A DNA stretch of 64,000 nucleotides, from the NCBI GenBank assembly GCA_965198235.1, contig OZ240248.1:1536001-1600000 (forward strand), given 5' to 3'. The position numbers and the translations under genes are program-made. Source of the DNA: Candidatus Poribacteria bacterium (GTDB lineage: Bacteria > Poribacteria > WGA-4E > WGA-3G). The notes under the pieces were generated by a model. The model saw nothing but the letters and a program-made list of their open reading frames with translations. It did no database searches and was not told the origin of the DNA. Of this stretch, positions 48,144-58,406 are shown one piece after another (position 1 is the stretch's first letter; every line of letters begins with the position of its first letter).

Positions 48144-49169
48144 TTAGTGTGGGGAGGAAAGCCCCCTCCTATAATTAAAGTTCAGACGCGTAAGCACCCT
48201 AAAATCAGATTCTTGCGCACTTTGAGTGAGGCGTTGGTTTCCTTCCAAAGAATACAGAGAAATACCGGTTTTCCCAAACCCGCTAATACGGGTCAGCCCA
48301 TGCTTGACATGCTTGACGAGTGTATTCTTTACCAATCTGTTCCAAGTCGTGCCACCATAGCGGGGGCGTTTACCGCCTTTTTGAGGATTTTGCCGGTGCA
48401 GTTCTCGCCTGATAATAGGGATAGGGGAGATACAGAAAACATCTCTATTATCAACCCTATCTTTGCCGCCTATTCTATGATATACCAAGCACCAACTATC
48501 TACACAATGCGCTTCAAACGTCTCCGCAAGTTTTTTAGAAGACTTCTTCAAACCCAACCTATCACGAATCTCTTTCGTCTCCCACCCTTGGAGTGTCAAT
48601 AACTCCCACCGCTTCTGAATTTCAGTGTAGAACCATGCTTTGCCAACTTCGAGCGGACTAAAAGACGTATTCCACTTTTTCGCATGCTTTATCGTCCTCG
48701 CTTTTATGTTCTCAACACAAACATGACGGATAGGGAACAACCCTGATAACCAGTCTAATATCCGAAGTTTCCACTCCCAACGGGCGCGCGTGCCTGCGGG
48801 GATACGTGCTTGATTTGCCAGACGATTCATGCGGTTTTTGCGATTCGGACATTTCCGAGAACGCCTCCCTCTGCGCAACTCACGACGCTTTTCAACTTTC
48901 TTACCCACCTGGGTGTGTGCGTCTGCCTGCACATTCAAATACGTATGTGACTTGCTTTTCACGGTAAAGCCTTCTTTCTTGCTACCGGGGTCTACCCCTA
49001 CAGCGATCTCTTGTGTTTTTCTCTCAGAAGGCTCTTTGTTGAGACGGATACAATAAATACCATTATCCCAGTAGGGGGTTGCCTCGTCTCGCTTTATCAA
49101 CTTGCGCGCACGGGCGGAATGCATGGGCATGAGTATTTGACCGTCTTTTGCTTTTACAGGAACAAACAT
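48144..49169 (-). CDS. isrB: IsrB RNA-guided nickase (IscB-like, no HNH)
   Basis: 341 aa; ILMP (PLMP), GVDPG RuvC-I, RRELRRGRR bridge helix, VCVEN RuvC-II, AHCVD RuvC-III; no HNH/CxxC insert. Confidence 0.88.
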   Translation of the reverse strand: MFVPVKAKDGQILMPMHSARARKLIKRDEATPYWDNGIYCIRLNKEPSERKTQEIAVGVDPGSKKEGFTVKSKSHTYLNVQADAHTQVGKKVEKRRELRRGRRSRKCPNRKNRMNRLANQARIPAGTRARWEWKLRILDWLSGLFPIRHVCVENIKARTIKHAKKWNTSFSPLEVGKAWFYTEIQKRWELLTLQGWETKEIRDRLGLKKSSKKLAETFEAHCVDSWCLVYHRIGGKDRVDNRDVFCISPIPIIRRELHRQNPQKGGKRPRYGGTTWNRLVKNTLVKHVKHGLTRISGFGKTGISLYSLEGNQRLTQSAQESDFRVLTRLNFNYRRGLSSPH

Positions 49170-49380
49170 AAGTTTCTAATTCTCTTACAAAAGTAAGGTG
49201 TGTATTGCCCCTTCCAGATCACATATCCAAGGGGAATCAGACGAGGGGAGTATCCAAAACATTGTACTGGCTGCCACGCCGAGATATGCGATATATTACT
49301 GTAGACAACGGTTTAACTTATGGAGAGGTGCTTGGCAGGCACTTCGCAGAAGCCTCACGCTTTAGCGTGAGGTAGTTGAC
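49170..49380 (-). ncRNA. omegaRNA scaffold of IsrB
   Basis: Non-coding ~210 nt between element end and ATG; begins GTCAACTACCTCACGCTAAAGCGTGAGGCTT. Confidence 0.75.
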
Positions 49381-49578
49381 TGTCTGGAATAAGATTTCCT
49401 TTCTGCCGTAATTGATCTTTGATGATTCCAAACCACTGTGACGTTTCTAAGTCGCAAGAAAAGAGTGGGAATCTCTGCGTCTGCAGCCAAGAACATTTTA
49501 TCGGTATTTTCCACTTTTTCTTGAATTACTTTGTCCGCGGCAAACATCCCGATAATGATATTCGTGTCTAAAAGGTAC

Positions 49579-49809
49579 TTACCATTCTGATTCATCAACC
49601 CGTCCGCAGTCCTCCTCAATTGCTTGTTTTATTTCCTCAAGGTCTTCGGGGGGGAACAGCCCGACAAATTTAAGCAGCTCCTTACCGGAGGTGCCTCTTA
49701 TCGGTTCGCCTAAAAAAGAGAGAACAGAATTTAAAATCTGTTTCTGTTGCACAGGCGTAAGTTTGTCTAACCGCTCCACAATCTCTTGGATAGTCGTTGA
49801 TTTTTCCAT
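49579..49809 (-). CDS. Putative antitoxin partner of vapC
   Basis: MEKSTTIQEI..GKELLKFVG..IEEDC; GGAGGT SD; overlaps the vapC start. Confidence 0.75.
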   Translation of the reverse strand: MEKSTTIQEIVERLDKLTPVQQKQILNSVLSFLGEPIRGTSGKELLKFVGLFPPEDLEEIKQAIEEDCGRVDESEW

Positions 49810-49895
49810 CGTTTTACCTCCTTTTTGCCTAAATCCAAAAGAATAATAGCCATTACTATTATACAATAGGAAAATGGTGATTTTCAACGTTAAAA

Positions 49896-52800
49896 CTACC
49901 GAATTCCAGTTTTCTCAAACATCAAATCCAAATACGATTTTTCATTGTTGAAAAGTTGACTGGTGGAACCGTCTTCTGTTTTTTCATGCCAGTTTAATCG
50001 GAAGATATTATATGCCAACATATTCTCTTCGACCCACTCAACGGATTGTCTGTTTCCTAATTTGGAACTATCGCGTAGCAGCAAAAACGAATTGAGATGG
50101 AATGTCCGACCCTGTTCAGCCTCTAACCGTTTTTCAAGAATAATAAGTGTTTTATCCTCAGATTTTCGAGCGAGTTTAACCTTTGGATGATTTTGGTAGT
50201 CAAGTGTCTCGTCGTCGATAATACCACGCTGCCCTTTCGGATCGATGAAGAGGATGTGGGTTACCGTTTGTTCTGTATCTACTATCCACAACACAAAATC
50301 GGGATAGTAACTGCCCGAATCATTTTCCAAATAGATACCAATCTTCTGCACATTCCGCATCAGATAGAACTCATATCGTTTATTCCTGCCGTAGGATCGC
50401 TTAATATAATTTGTCAAGTCTTCAACGAATTTTCTTTCACCTGCATTTAGTCTATCTGGTGAGACTTTGACTTCGTTTGGTTCGTTCTCTCTGATATCCT
50501 TCGGGTCTAATAGGAGTGGGTTGTAAATATGCCGATGATGTAGTTCTAAAAATAATTGCAATTCTCTCTGGATCTGTACTTCCGGGTTTTTACGTCGCCC
50601 CTTTGATATATCTCTTTCCTTTTCTGCTTCCTCAATTTTTGCAAGAAATTCTTCATATTCATCACGATCTTTAAATTCCTTTGTTACTGTGTATTCATAG
50701 ATGAAGTCATCCTGGTTCAAAGGTTCATAAATATAGTTAGCACGATTGATATGGGCGTTGATGCGATTTCGTAGTTTACCAGTGACATCAATTACAACTT
50801 GGCGATTGAGCCTATCTGTCCACGCGATTTTATTTTTGCCCGCTTTCCGGTAACGAATTCCCCCAACAAGTGCCAGAAAATCTGAAATAGCGGGTTCGCT
50901 GTTGCCCTCATGATAAAGTTGCAGATGATTTTTCTCCGCCTCGCGGCGGATGATAGTAGCAAGTCTTGCCCGGTTCAGATAACAAGAATATTCTTTGTTA
51001 TATTTCTGCAGATATTCGTAGATATTCGGTGCCTCCTTCTCTTTGTCTGTTCGGTAATCCAACATAATTTCTTGCCAATTGTTGATAACTCCATGTTTTT
51101 CAGTGTTATCTTCAAAATAGGTATAATTAATTGATTTGTCACGGCTGAACACCACACACTTGATTGAGTTATCGCTGCTACCGATTTGCTTAAAAATGGG
51201 CAATTTGCTCTTATATTCCTCGAAGTGAATGGTTGTACCATTATCCACTTTAAAAAAAGTTGAATTTACATTAATTTTAAAGGTGTGATAAAGCCGAATG
51301 CCGCCCATGTGGACTTCCTTAAGAAAATGTTCAAGGTAGCTTCGCTGTAAGCTGAAAACGGTCAGCGTTTCCAATCGTCGAATCTCACTTTCTCTATCTC
51401 TTTTACGTGGAAGTGGGTAGGGGTAGTCTGGATCTTGCTCAATATACCGACGTTTTCCATCGCCACCTTTTCCACCTAACCGAACGCCGCGTCCGAAGAT
51501 CTGTATGATCAAGTTGCCTTTAGAACTTCCCAAGTTAATCAAATCAATTACGGAGAGACGATAAGAATTCCATCCTTCCGCAAACTTACGACTTCCAATA
51601 AGTATGTTTATCGGGCTGGTTTCGTTGTCGAGGTTTTCAAAATGGAGGTTTGGATCGGCGATTGATTCAACGCGTGTTTCAATGCAGTCGTTTTCAATGC
51701 TGTTGTAAAAACTCGCAGCGTCCCCAATGTTGATCATTCCCCACTTTTCGCCATCTCCATAAGAGAGAAGCAATTCACTATTGTTGTCTGGATTGCGTGC
51801 AACGACTAAGCGCCCAATAATATCACTACCAAAAATGGATCTGAATTTTTGGCGTTCCGCCTCGCTCAGTGCCGCAAGGTAATTGAGAACTTTCTGGATG
51901 TCAGAGACTTCATCGTTATCGTTTTTGCCTTCGTCCTTCGGATTTTCGACTGTATGTCCCATAAATGCCATCAAGGGACGATGCACAGTTAGATCAATGT
52001 CTTGCGATTCGTCGTCACGAACTCTTTTGAATGTTTGTAACTTTTTCTCCATCACCCAGAAACACTCGTCTAAGTTGTCTTTAATTTCTTGGTCGGATTC
52101 AGTAGCCACTGCATCTGCAGCAATCGGTTTGAAATAATGGTCTTTACCGTACCCATCGCTATAGAAGCGAGCATAATCGTACCGGTAGATGATTGCGCTA
52201 TCATATTCGTCCGCCAGTTCTTTAGCGATGTTGTGGAAGGTGGCTGAATATTCAAATAGGAAGGAATTTCCCACGTTGAGACGGTTCCGAAGTTCTCTGA
52301 ATTTGCCAGATTGCTGGCTTGTTAAGCCGATGTGTGCTTCGTCTACTAAAATGAGTCGGCGAATCTCTCCTGCATCCGGTAAACGGAAATAGTCGTCCTC
52401 CTTCTGCAAAAGCCCCTGCGTAGTGTCAATTGTAAGTTCAATCCGATTGCTATAGGTTTTGTTGAGTTCACGGACGTATGGCTCTAACTCGCGCTCATGC
52501 TGCTTAATCAGGTTTGCCAAGGGGGTCGTTAAGAAGATTTGAAGACGAGCATTGTCTTTTTTACAAAAATGGTGTAGGTATTGGAGGATATTAAGATGCA
52601 TGATGTGGGTTTTCCCACTGCCTGTCGCCATCCAATACGCCAGCATCCGTTTGTCTTCTTGTTCACTGCTTGTGTCAAATCCTTCTGACTGTTGTCGATC
52701 GGCAAAAAAACATTCGGTGAAAAGTAGAGCCAACACCTGATAGTAACGGAGTTTAAAAGCCTGCCTTGTCAGATAATTGTAATCTTCTAAGAAATCCTGA

Positions 52801-52940
52801 ATTCGCTCTAACGATTCAACAGGCAGTTGCAACGCTTGTTCAGGGTCATACAACTGAATTATTTCCTTTATCCCGTCATTTCGGATGTCAATCCCATTTT
52901 CGGTTAGGATTTTTGTTTCGTAGTCTTGATAAAGTGCCAT
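49896..52940 (-). CDS. res: Type III R-M restriction subunit (Res)
   Basis: MATGSGKT, LVDEAH, YSAT, QIFGRGVR; C-terminal YPDF..IDPK nuclease. Confidence 0.9.
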   Translation of the reverse strand: MALYQDYETKILTENGIDIRNDGIKEIIQLYDPEQALQLPVESLERIQDFLEDYNYLTRQAFKLRYYQVLALLFTECFFADRQQSEGFDTSSEQEDKRMLAYWMATGSGKTHIMHLNILQYLHHFCKKDNARLQIFLTTPLANLIKQHERELEPYVRELNKTYSNRIELTIDTTQGLLQKEDDYFRLPDAGEIRRLILVDEAHIGLTSQQSGKFRELRNRLNVGNSFLFEYSATFHNIAKELADEYDSAIIYRYDYARFYSDGYGKDHYFKPIAADAVATESDQEIKDNLDECFWVMEKKLQTFKRVRDDESQDIDLTVHRPLMAFMGHTVENPKDEGKNDNDEVSDIQKVLNYLAALSEAERQKFRSIFGSDIIGRLVVARNPDNNSELLLSYGDGEKWGMINIGDAASFYNSIENDCIETRVESIADPNLHFENLDNETSPINILIGSRKFAEGWNSYRLSVIDLINLGSSKGNLIIQIFGRGVRLGGKGGDGKRRYIEQDPDYPYPLPRKRDRESEIRRLETLTVFSLQRSYLEHFLKEVHMGGIRLYHTFKINVNSTFFKVDNGTTIHFEEYKSKLPIFKQIGSSDNSIKCVVFSRDKSINYTYFEDNTEKHGVINNWQEIMLDYRTDKEKEAPNIYEYLQKYNKEYSCYLNRARLATIIRREAEKNHLQLYHEGNSEPAISDFLALVGGIRYRKAGKNKIAWTDRLNRQVVIDVTGKLRNRINAHINRANYIYEPLNQDDFIYEYTVTKEFKDRDEYEEFLAKIEEAEKERDISKGRRKNPEVQIQRELQLFLELHHRHIYNPLLLDPKDIRENEPNEVKVSPDRLNAGERKFVEDLTNYIKRSYGRNKRYEFYLMRNVQKIGIYLENDSGSYYPDFVLWIVDTEQTVTHILFIDPKGQRGIIDDETLDYQNHPKVKLARKSEDKTLIILEKRLEAEQGRTFHLNSFLLLRDSSKLGNRQSVEWVEENMLAYNIFRLNWHEKTEDGSTSQLFNNEKSYLDLMFEKTGIR

Positions 52941-52997
52941 TAGTTTCTCTAAACATCTGTGGAAGTAATATGCATTTGTGTTCCTATTATTTTTTTG

Positions 52998-55900
52998 CTA
53001 CGCTTCAAGAGTGTCCCACACCGCTCCTGTGTCAAAATCCGATGTTGAGATGAGATGAATCTGTCGCAGCTCCGAATTCTCAAGCAATGCTTGCTGATGC
53101 ACATCACAGTTAACATCTAGCTGTGTGACACCCGCTAACTGTTCATCTGCGAGAATTTCCAATAACTGAGGCGTATCGTCCTCCTCGGTTACATTGCGGA
53201 ATACAACCAGTCGCGTACCACTTTGAACAACTCGGTATACCTGATCATTTAAATCAAACCGCAAACGACGCTGAACCGGGAGCCCTTTGAGATAGCAATA
53301 AGTTTCCAAGACATCTACGTAGTCTTCTCTGCTATCCTTACCATACGTAATCCGATTAGAGAAGGGGTCGCGCATATCCATCATCAGCCGAGTCTGCTGT
53401 TCCTCGGGCCGATAGAGATATTTGACGGGGAGTTCTGTTTTCGTATTATAATTTGGAGGTGATGTCGTGAGGTTGTTGAGGACATCCTCATACTGTTCCA
53501 ACTGTTGATATTTAACAATGCCGACGGTGCCATCAATTTTCTTTTTTGCGTCCGGTTTGCCATCTCTCCAATTTGCGGAGAACATGACGCGCCGGATCCG
53601 CTCCTTCAAGGTGCTATCAAAGTAGTCTCCGATCTCAACAAGGATAAATTTGCGGTTGCCGTTATCGATTTTGTTGAGGTTAAGGATGGCATGCCCCGTT
53701 GTGCCACTACCGGCAAAGAAGTCAAGCGTAATTCCTTTACCATCATTTGTAACTGCCCAAACGAACTTTTCATATAAGTCAATAGGATGAGAGTATGGGA
53801 AATTTAACCCTAATGCGTCCAATTGCATTTTGCCTCTTTCGCCTGAGGGCAAGACTGAGGATAACTCGCCGACCAGATAGTTTTTCAAATAAATTTTGAG
53901 TCGAGGTTGTTTGGTTTCATCGGTACCGAAAATAATGCGGCCTTCATCCAAAAATTTCTGCATGTTTTCTGGAGTTCTACTCCATCCAGTCGCTGGAACT
54001 GGACAAGATTTACGAGTGATTGGATGAATCAATGGTTCGTGGAATTTAGGGTTGGTCAGCAATGCCGGGGCTCCTATACTGACATCTGAAAAAACCTGTC
54101 CCGCATCGTCAATTTTTGAATAAGCCCGTTCTCCACCACTCAACTCAGGTTTGTTCGTAATCCAATTTCTAAATTCTTTGCGGCACTCCTCTGTGACACT
54201 GCTATACTGTTTTATTAATGAGGCAGCCTTTCTAAGAATCGCTTCACGGTTGGTTGGTATAGCTTTGAGTTTTACGGTTCCTTTAGAATAGCACACAACA
54301 TATTCATGTTGTGTGGCTATCGTATTTGTTCCGAAAACAGGGTTTCTTTTGTCCCAAACAATAGTCCCCTGATTTTTCATCTGCATGGTGCTGAATACTT
54401 GAAATAGGTTTTCATATTCGTTCTCGTCAATATGGCAAAGGATGCAGCTATCTGGTGCCATTAACTGTTCGGCGAGGGACAACCGGTTTTCCATCATCGT
54501 TAGCCAACTGGAATGCTGATAATTGTTTTTATAGAGGAAGCCGCTTGTGTTGGTGTTGTAAGGCGGATCAATGTGGACACACCTTATGGAGTTTCGGTAT
54601 TTTTCCATAAGTAGGTCCAACGCCTGAGAGTTTTCACTGTTGAGTAACACGCCATCAATTTGCGATTCTAAATCTTTGAATAGGGCAAGAATCTCATCAA
54701 CAAAACCTTCCTCAAAATGCTGTGTGTCCAATGGTAGTGTTGGATATAATCCTTCAAGCAACGGCAGTTGCTCTGTAATATCGATACCGAAGGTTTCACG
54801 CCAGTCGGCAAGTTGTGCCTCGTTTTCCAGAATCTGTGAGATGAGTGCTTCCCGTTGGACTGTGTCATCTTTTGTTGCCTCTGAAATCTTACCTACAGAG
54901 ATGAGATAGTCGGTAGAAACAACCTTTTTCTTCATCAAGAATAGCTGCTTCTGAAATGTCTCCACAGCAACAAGCAGTGCAATTACTTCGTCTGTAACGC
55001 TGCGGAATGCTGTTGCTATAGCGAATGCCGGGTTTTCAGAACTGAGATTCAAAAGCGTATCCAAATCGCTGAGGATGATGTTCTGGATATAGCGGCGTTG
55101 CTCGGTTTTCAGAAATTTATCCAAATCTTTATGGATAAAGTAGTCTGAATCCATGCCCACGAAGAAGGTGTTCAGGTTTTTGTCAAGGGTGTGGAACCGT
55201 TGCACTATAAGGCGTTTTTCTAATACTGCTTGCCGTTCTGTATTGTTTTTGCCGAGTCCTTTGAAATCGGGATGGCTTACCAATTTCCCCGCGTAACTTG
55301 ACAAGTCCAAGTGCAACGCGTTGATACCTTGCAATCTGCCGTTCTGCACCTTGTCGTAAGTGTTCGCAAGGTCCTTAAAGATGGGTTTGCCCTGTTCCTC
55401 CCCTTTCTTAGGACGTTCGTGGAGATAGATGTCTACATCATCCGTTTCACTGAATATCTGAGTGCACATCTCACGGTATATCTCAACTTTTGGCGTTGAG
55501 GTTTCTGCCAAGTGAAGGATAACGCGCCATGTCTGTTCGGTATCGTCGGGTTTGGGAGGATCAATCCTACCAAAGCGATAATGTTTGAAATCGTCACGGT
55601 TATTGTTTTGTGCAATACTGGAACTTGCTTCTCCCTCTAACCGATACTCAATCCGTTTGTCTTCAACTTCAAAAGCAACACTGTTGAACCCTGTCGCCGT
55701 TTTAACGTAGTAGCTATCGCGACATTTCCAGTGGAAAAGTGTATCTGTCCCGTTGTAGTCTGCCTCATCGGGGTAGTCCACCTTATAGAGTGCAGTACTC
55801 CTGTCATTATAGCCGAAGTCACCATCTCGGTAGTATCCTTCAAAAAAACTATGAACATGATTATAGACGCGGAAAGCGAGTTTGGATTTGAGTTCGTCCG

Positions 55901-56261
55901 GGTCCGTTTCCAATGGAGCGATAAGTTCTTCCTTATCTTCGGTCTGGAGAAAATCTATCAGTTGTTGAGAGTTCTCGGCGATGTTTTCAAGCCAATCTCT
56001 TTGTCTACGCCCGCCTTCCTCAGCGACGAATTCCCTAACCTTGGTGAGTTGGCTATCGTAGAGTGTCTTAGTGACTTCTACGAGTGCTTCATCTACTATA
56101 GTTGTTAACTTTTCGTCAATGAATTGATTAACCTCATCGCGCTTAATTTTGAGGATACGGAAGATACCGAAGTCGAGGTCGTTATGTGCGAAGTGAAACA
56201 TATCGCGAAGTTTCTCGCGGAGGGTGTTGAGTGCTTCGGTTGTTGAGTTTGATTCGGGCAT
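52998..56261 (-). CDS. mod: Type III R-M methyltransferase (Mod), large form
   Basis: DLDFGIFRI N-terminus, DYFIHKDL, IDPPYNT, DFFAGSGTTG. Confidence 0.9.
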   Translation of the reverse strand: MPESNSTTEALNTLREKLRDMFHFAHNDLDFGIFRILKIKRDEVNQFIDEKLTTIVDEALVEVTKTLYDSQLTKVREFVAEEGGRRQRDWLENIAENSQQLIDFLQTEDKEELIAPLETDPDELKSKLAFRVYNHVHSFFEGYYRDGDFGYNDRSTALYKVDYPDEADYNGTDTLFHWKCRDSYYVKTATGFNSVAFEVEDKRIEYRLEGEASSSIAQNNNRDDFKHYRFGRIDPPKPDDTEQTWRVILHLAETSTPKVEIYREMCTQIFSETDDVDIYLHERPKKGEEQGKPIFKDLANTYDKVQNGRLQGINALHLDLSSYAGKLVSHPDFKGLGKNNTERQAVLEKRLIVQRFHTLDKNLNTFFVGMDSDYFIHKDLDKFLKTEQRRYIQNIILSDLDTLLNLSSENPAFAIATAFRSVTDEVIALLVAVETFQKQLFLMKKKVVSTDYLISVGKISEATKDDTVQREALISQILENEAQLADWRETFGIDITEQLPLLEGLYPTLPLDTQHFEEGFVDEILALFKDLESQIDGVLLNSENSQALDLLMEKYRNSIRCVHIDPPYNTNTSGFLYKNNYQHSSWLTMMENRLSLAEQLMAPDSCILCHIDENEYENLFQVFSTMQMKNQGTIVWDKRNPVFGTNTIATQHEYVVCYSKGTVKLKAIPTNREAILRKAASLIKQYSSVTEECRKEFRNWITNKPELSGGERAYSKIDDAGQVFSDVSIGAPALLTNPKFHEPLIHPITRKSCPVPATGWSRTPENMQKFLDEGRIIFGTDETKQPRLKIYLKNYLVGELSSVLPSGERGKMQLDALGLNFPYSHPIDLYEKFVWAVTNDGKGITLDFFAGSGTTGHAILNLNKIDNGNRKFILVEIGDYFDSTLKERIRRVMFSANWRDGKPDAKKKIDGTVGIVKYQQLEQYEDVLNNLTTSPPNYNTKTELPVKYLYRPEEQQTRLMMDMRDPFSNRITYGKDSREDYVDVLETYCYLKGLPVQRRLRFDLNDQVYRVVQSGTRLVVFRNVTEEDDTPQLLEILADEQLAGVTQLDVNCDVHQQALLENSELRQIHLISTSDFDTGAVWDTLEA

Positions 56262-56279
56262 TAGTATATTGTCCTTTTA

Positions 56280-56507
56280 CTATTCGGATTCATCGACCTG
56301 CTCACATCCTTCTTCAATCGTTTGCTTCATTATTTCTAAGTCTTCCTTTGAAATTGTGCCTACAAATTGAAGTAGATTTTTGCCTGGGTATTGCTTTGGC
56401 GGTTTCCCCAACAACTCCCGCGTGAAATCCAAGACCTGCCTCTATTGCTCAAGTGAAAGAATTTTGAGTAGTTTTATAATTTCTTGGATAGTTGCTGAAT
56501 TTTTCAT
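56280..56507 (-). pseudogene. Antitoxin paralogue with internal stop
   Basis: MKNSATIQEII..LEQ*RQVLDF..GKNLLQFVG..IEEGCEQVDESE; TAG at 56442-56444. Confidence 0.8.
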
Positions 56508-56725
56508 AGTGTTGTCTCCTTTTGGTTCAAGCACCATAGTGGTTTACACCGACCAAGACTGCTGTAGACAGTTTACCATCAATTGTATCAAAAATCAATT
56601 TTTTTCTATGTTAACACCGGTTTAGTTTTCAGTTTTATCATTCCAAAGGCGTGAAGGCGTGTATCAATCTTCAGTCCACTATGGCATCACGTCTCTCCTT
56701 CCATTCGTGAAAGGTGAAGATACAT

Positions 56726-56887
56726 CTATATGTATTCAGCAAGTTGCAGCCCTTCCTGCGCTGCCCACCTTTCTAAGAGGTCTTTCTCTTTAGGTGTCGC
56801 CAGCCGATTGCGCTTGCCACGAACCTGACGGATAAGTTTTTGGCGAGGTGATAACTCAATCGTCAAAATCTTGCGTCGTCCGTTTTC
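56726..56887 (-). pseudogene. C-terminal fragment of a PcfJ-like protein
   Basis: ILTIELSPRQKLIRQVRGKRNRL...LERWA; no N-terminal part. Confidence 0.55.
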
Positions 56888-56892
56888 ATAAA

Positions 56893-57738
56893 TCAGTAGA
56901 AAAGTCGGACTGAAAACAGTGAGGTCTGCGAACCGTATCTCTCATTCACGAAGGCGTAGTCTAATCTGATGTTACCGCGCTGATAGCCGAATCCAGCGGT
57001 GAGTCCATCACTGAAACGCCATCCCAGTCGCATCGCAAATTCACCATGCCGATACTCACATCCGATACGCGGGACACCGTTGGCTACCTCAAAGGCCGCT
57101 AACAGAGCATCGGGTTTTCTGTCTGATGTATCTGAACCAAAGTTAATTTTTACAGCAGAACCGATACGCCATTCACGTAGCAGCAACTCGGTGTAGGTGC
57201 TCTTGGAAGCCGTCTCTGCAAGTCGGCGATAGGACAGGTTTGAGAACAGGTTCGGGAATACTATACCAATTCTAACGATCTCCGTCATAAGATCGTACTG
57301 GATGCCGAGATCGGTGCCCCATCCTGCTCCACGACCTAACGGCACTTGTTCCAGATTCACCGAAGTGCTAAAATATTTGGCATTAATACCGATGTACAAT
57401 CTCTTCCATATACGGGTTGCGGAAGACAACATCACAATCCGCTCTTGAGAGATTCCTTCTGTATCACTTGAATTTAAGATTGCTGCGCCGACGGTTTGTC
57501 CGCTCCGAATTGGATGTGCCACTCCGACGAAACTGTAACCTAACACACCGTGCAGATCAAGGTAACTGATGCCGATCTCGGGCGTAGGTAATCGTGCCAG
57601 ACCTGCCGGATTCCATATCAGTGCGCTGGTGTCCTGCGTCGCCGCCGAGTACGCGCTACCCATCCCTGCGGGTCCCGCCATGAGTTCGATATTCTCGAAC
57701 GCCGCGTTGACCGATCCATTCAGCAGCAAAATTAGCAT
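56893..57738 (-). CDS. PorV/PorQ-like outer-membrane beta-barrel
   Basis: GMGSAYSA..D.SALIWNPAGLA; DLG, RLG, LDYAF; aromatic C-terminus. Confidence 0.75.
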   Translation of the reverse strand: MLILLLNGSVNAAFENIELMAGPAGMGSAYSAATQDTSALIWNPAGLARLPTPEIGISYLDLHGVLGYSFVGVAHPIRSGQTVGAAILNSSDTEGISQERIVMLSSATRIWKRLYIGINAKYFSTSVNLEQVPLGRGAGWGTDLGIQYDLMTEIVRIGIVFPNLFSNLSYRRLAETASKSTYTELLLREWRIGSAVKINFGSDTSDRKPDALLAAFEVANGVPRIGCEYRHGEFAMRLGWRFSDGLTAGFGYQRGNIRLDYAFVNERYGSQTSLFSVRLFY

Positions 57739-57950
57739 TAGCAGAAGGTATGCGGAGAGTTTTATAATGGAATAAAAGAAATGATTCGTGTTTTTCGTCC
57801 GTCTACCTCCTTAGGGTCTGAGTTGTGTGGCGAAGCAAAGACTATTTTATCAAAAAGGGTCTCTCTTTGTCAATCAACGGCATTTATGAATTAGGGGCAT
57901 TCAGTTTTTCTGTAGGAGGGGAAAACGTCCAAGCAAAAACACACATCCCT

Positions 57951-57974
57951 GTAGGAGCGACCTCCCGGTCGCGA
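57951..57974 (+). repeat. REP-like GTAG hairpin
   Basis: GTAGGAGCGACCTCCCGGTCGCGA; similar GTAG-led hairpins at 25103-25125 and 44330-44354. Confidence 0.7.
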
Positions 57975-58337
57975 TTTCCTACAAAAATGCGTAGAAAACC
58001 GAGAACTAAATAGCCCAGTTTATGAATCGACAAGGTTTTGAAGATAATTAAAGTGTAGAACAACTAACGTTACAGTTTCTCTATACACGGTCATCTTGAG
58101 GATTGGAAAGTTTTTTGACAAAGGCATGTGATTTTTAATGTTCCGTTCAAACCAGTCTATGTGCTGGTTATGTAAACCTACCGTTTCGGTTTGACATAAC
58201 CCCACTATGAATGGTATACTATAAGGATTAGAGCGGGTGCTTGATGTTTCAGCCATTCGCAATTGCCCCTTTTTGTGCGCTGAAGCGAGAGTTGCCCCTT
58301 TTTGTGCGAAATCTCACGCTTGAGGCAGGAAATGAGA

Positions 58338-58353
58338 TGGCATAGAAATTGCT
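58338..58353 (+). promoter_or_regulatory. sigma54 (-24/-12) promoter
   Basis: TGGCAT-N5-TTGCT, 53 nt before the ATG. Confidence 0.65.
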
Positions 58354-58406
58354 TAAATTGCTTATCTGTTACTGTGGACTGACAGCGATTTTAAGGAGGA
58401 ACCGTA

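Larger units (their letters stand above)
48115..49380 (-). mobile_element. Non-autonomous IS200/IS605-family element carrying isrB
   Basis: Subterminal hairpins at 48135-48154 and 49351-49372; removing it rejoins vapC; no tnpA. Confidence 0.88.
48011..49595 (-). pseudogene. vapC: vapC (PIN toxin) pseudogene split by the IsrB element
   Basis: 5' part YLLDTN..(frameshift)..KGNLIPD at 49595-49381; 3' part (N)DI*IAALAMQHDLILVTRDAHF at 48114-48011. Confidence 0.85.

Noticed and set aside
48144-49169. Calling the ORF IscB, Cas9 or TnpB
   Set aside because: No HNH insert or Zn finger; the PLMP-like N-terminus and 341-aa size fit IsrB
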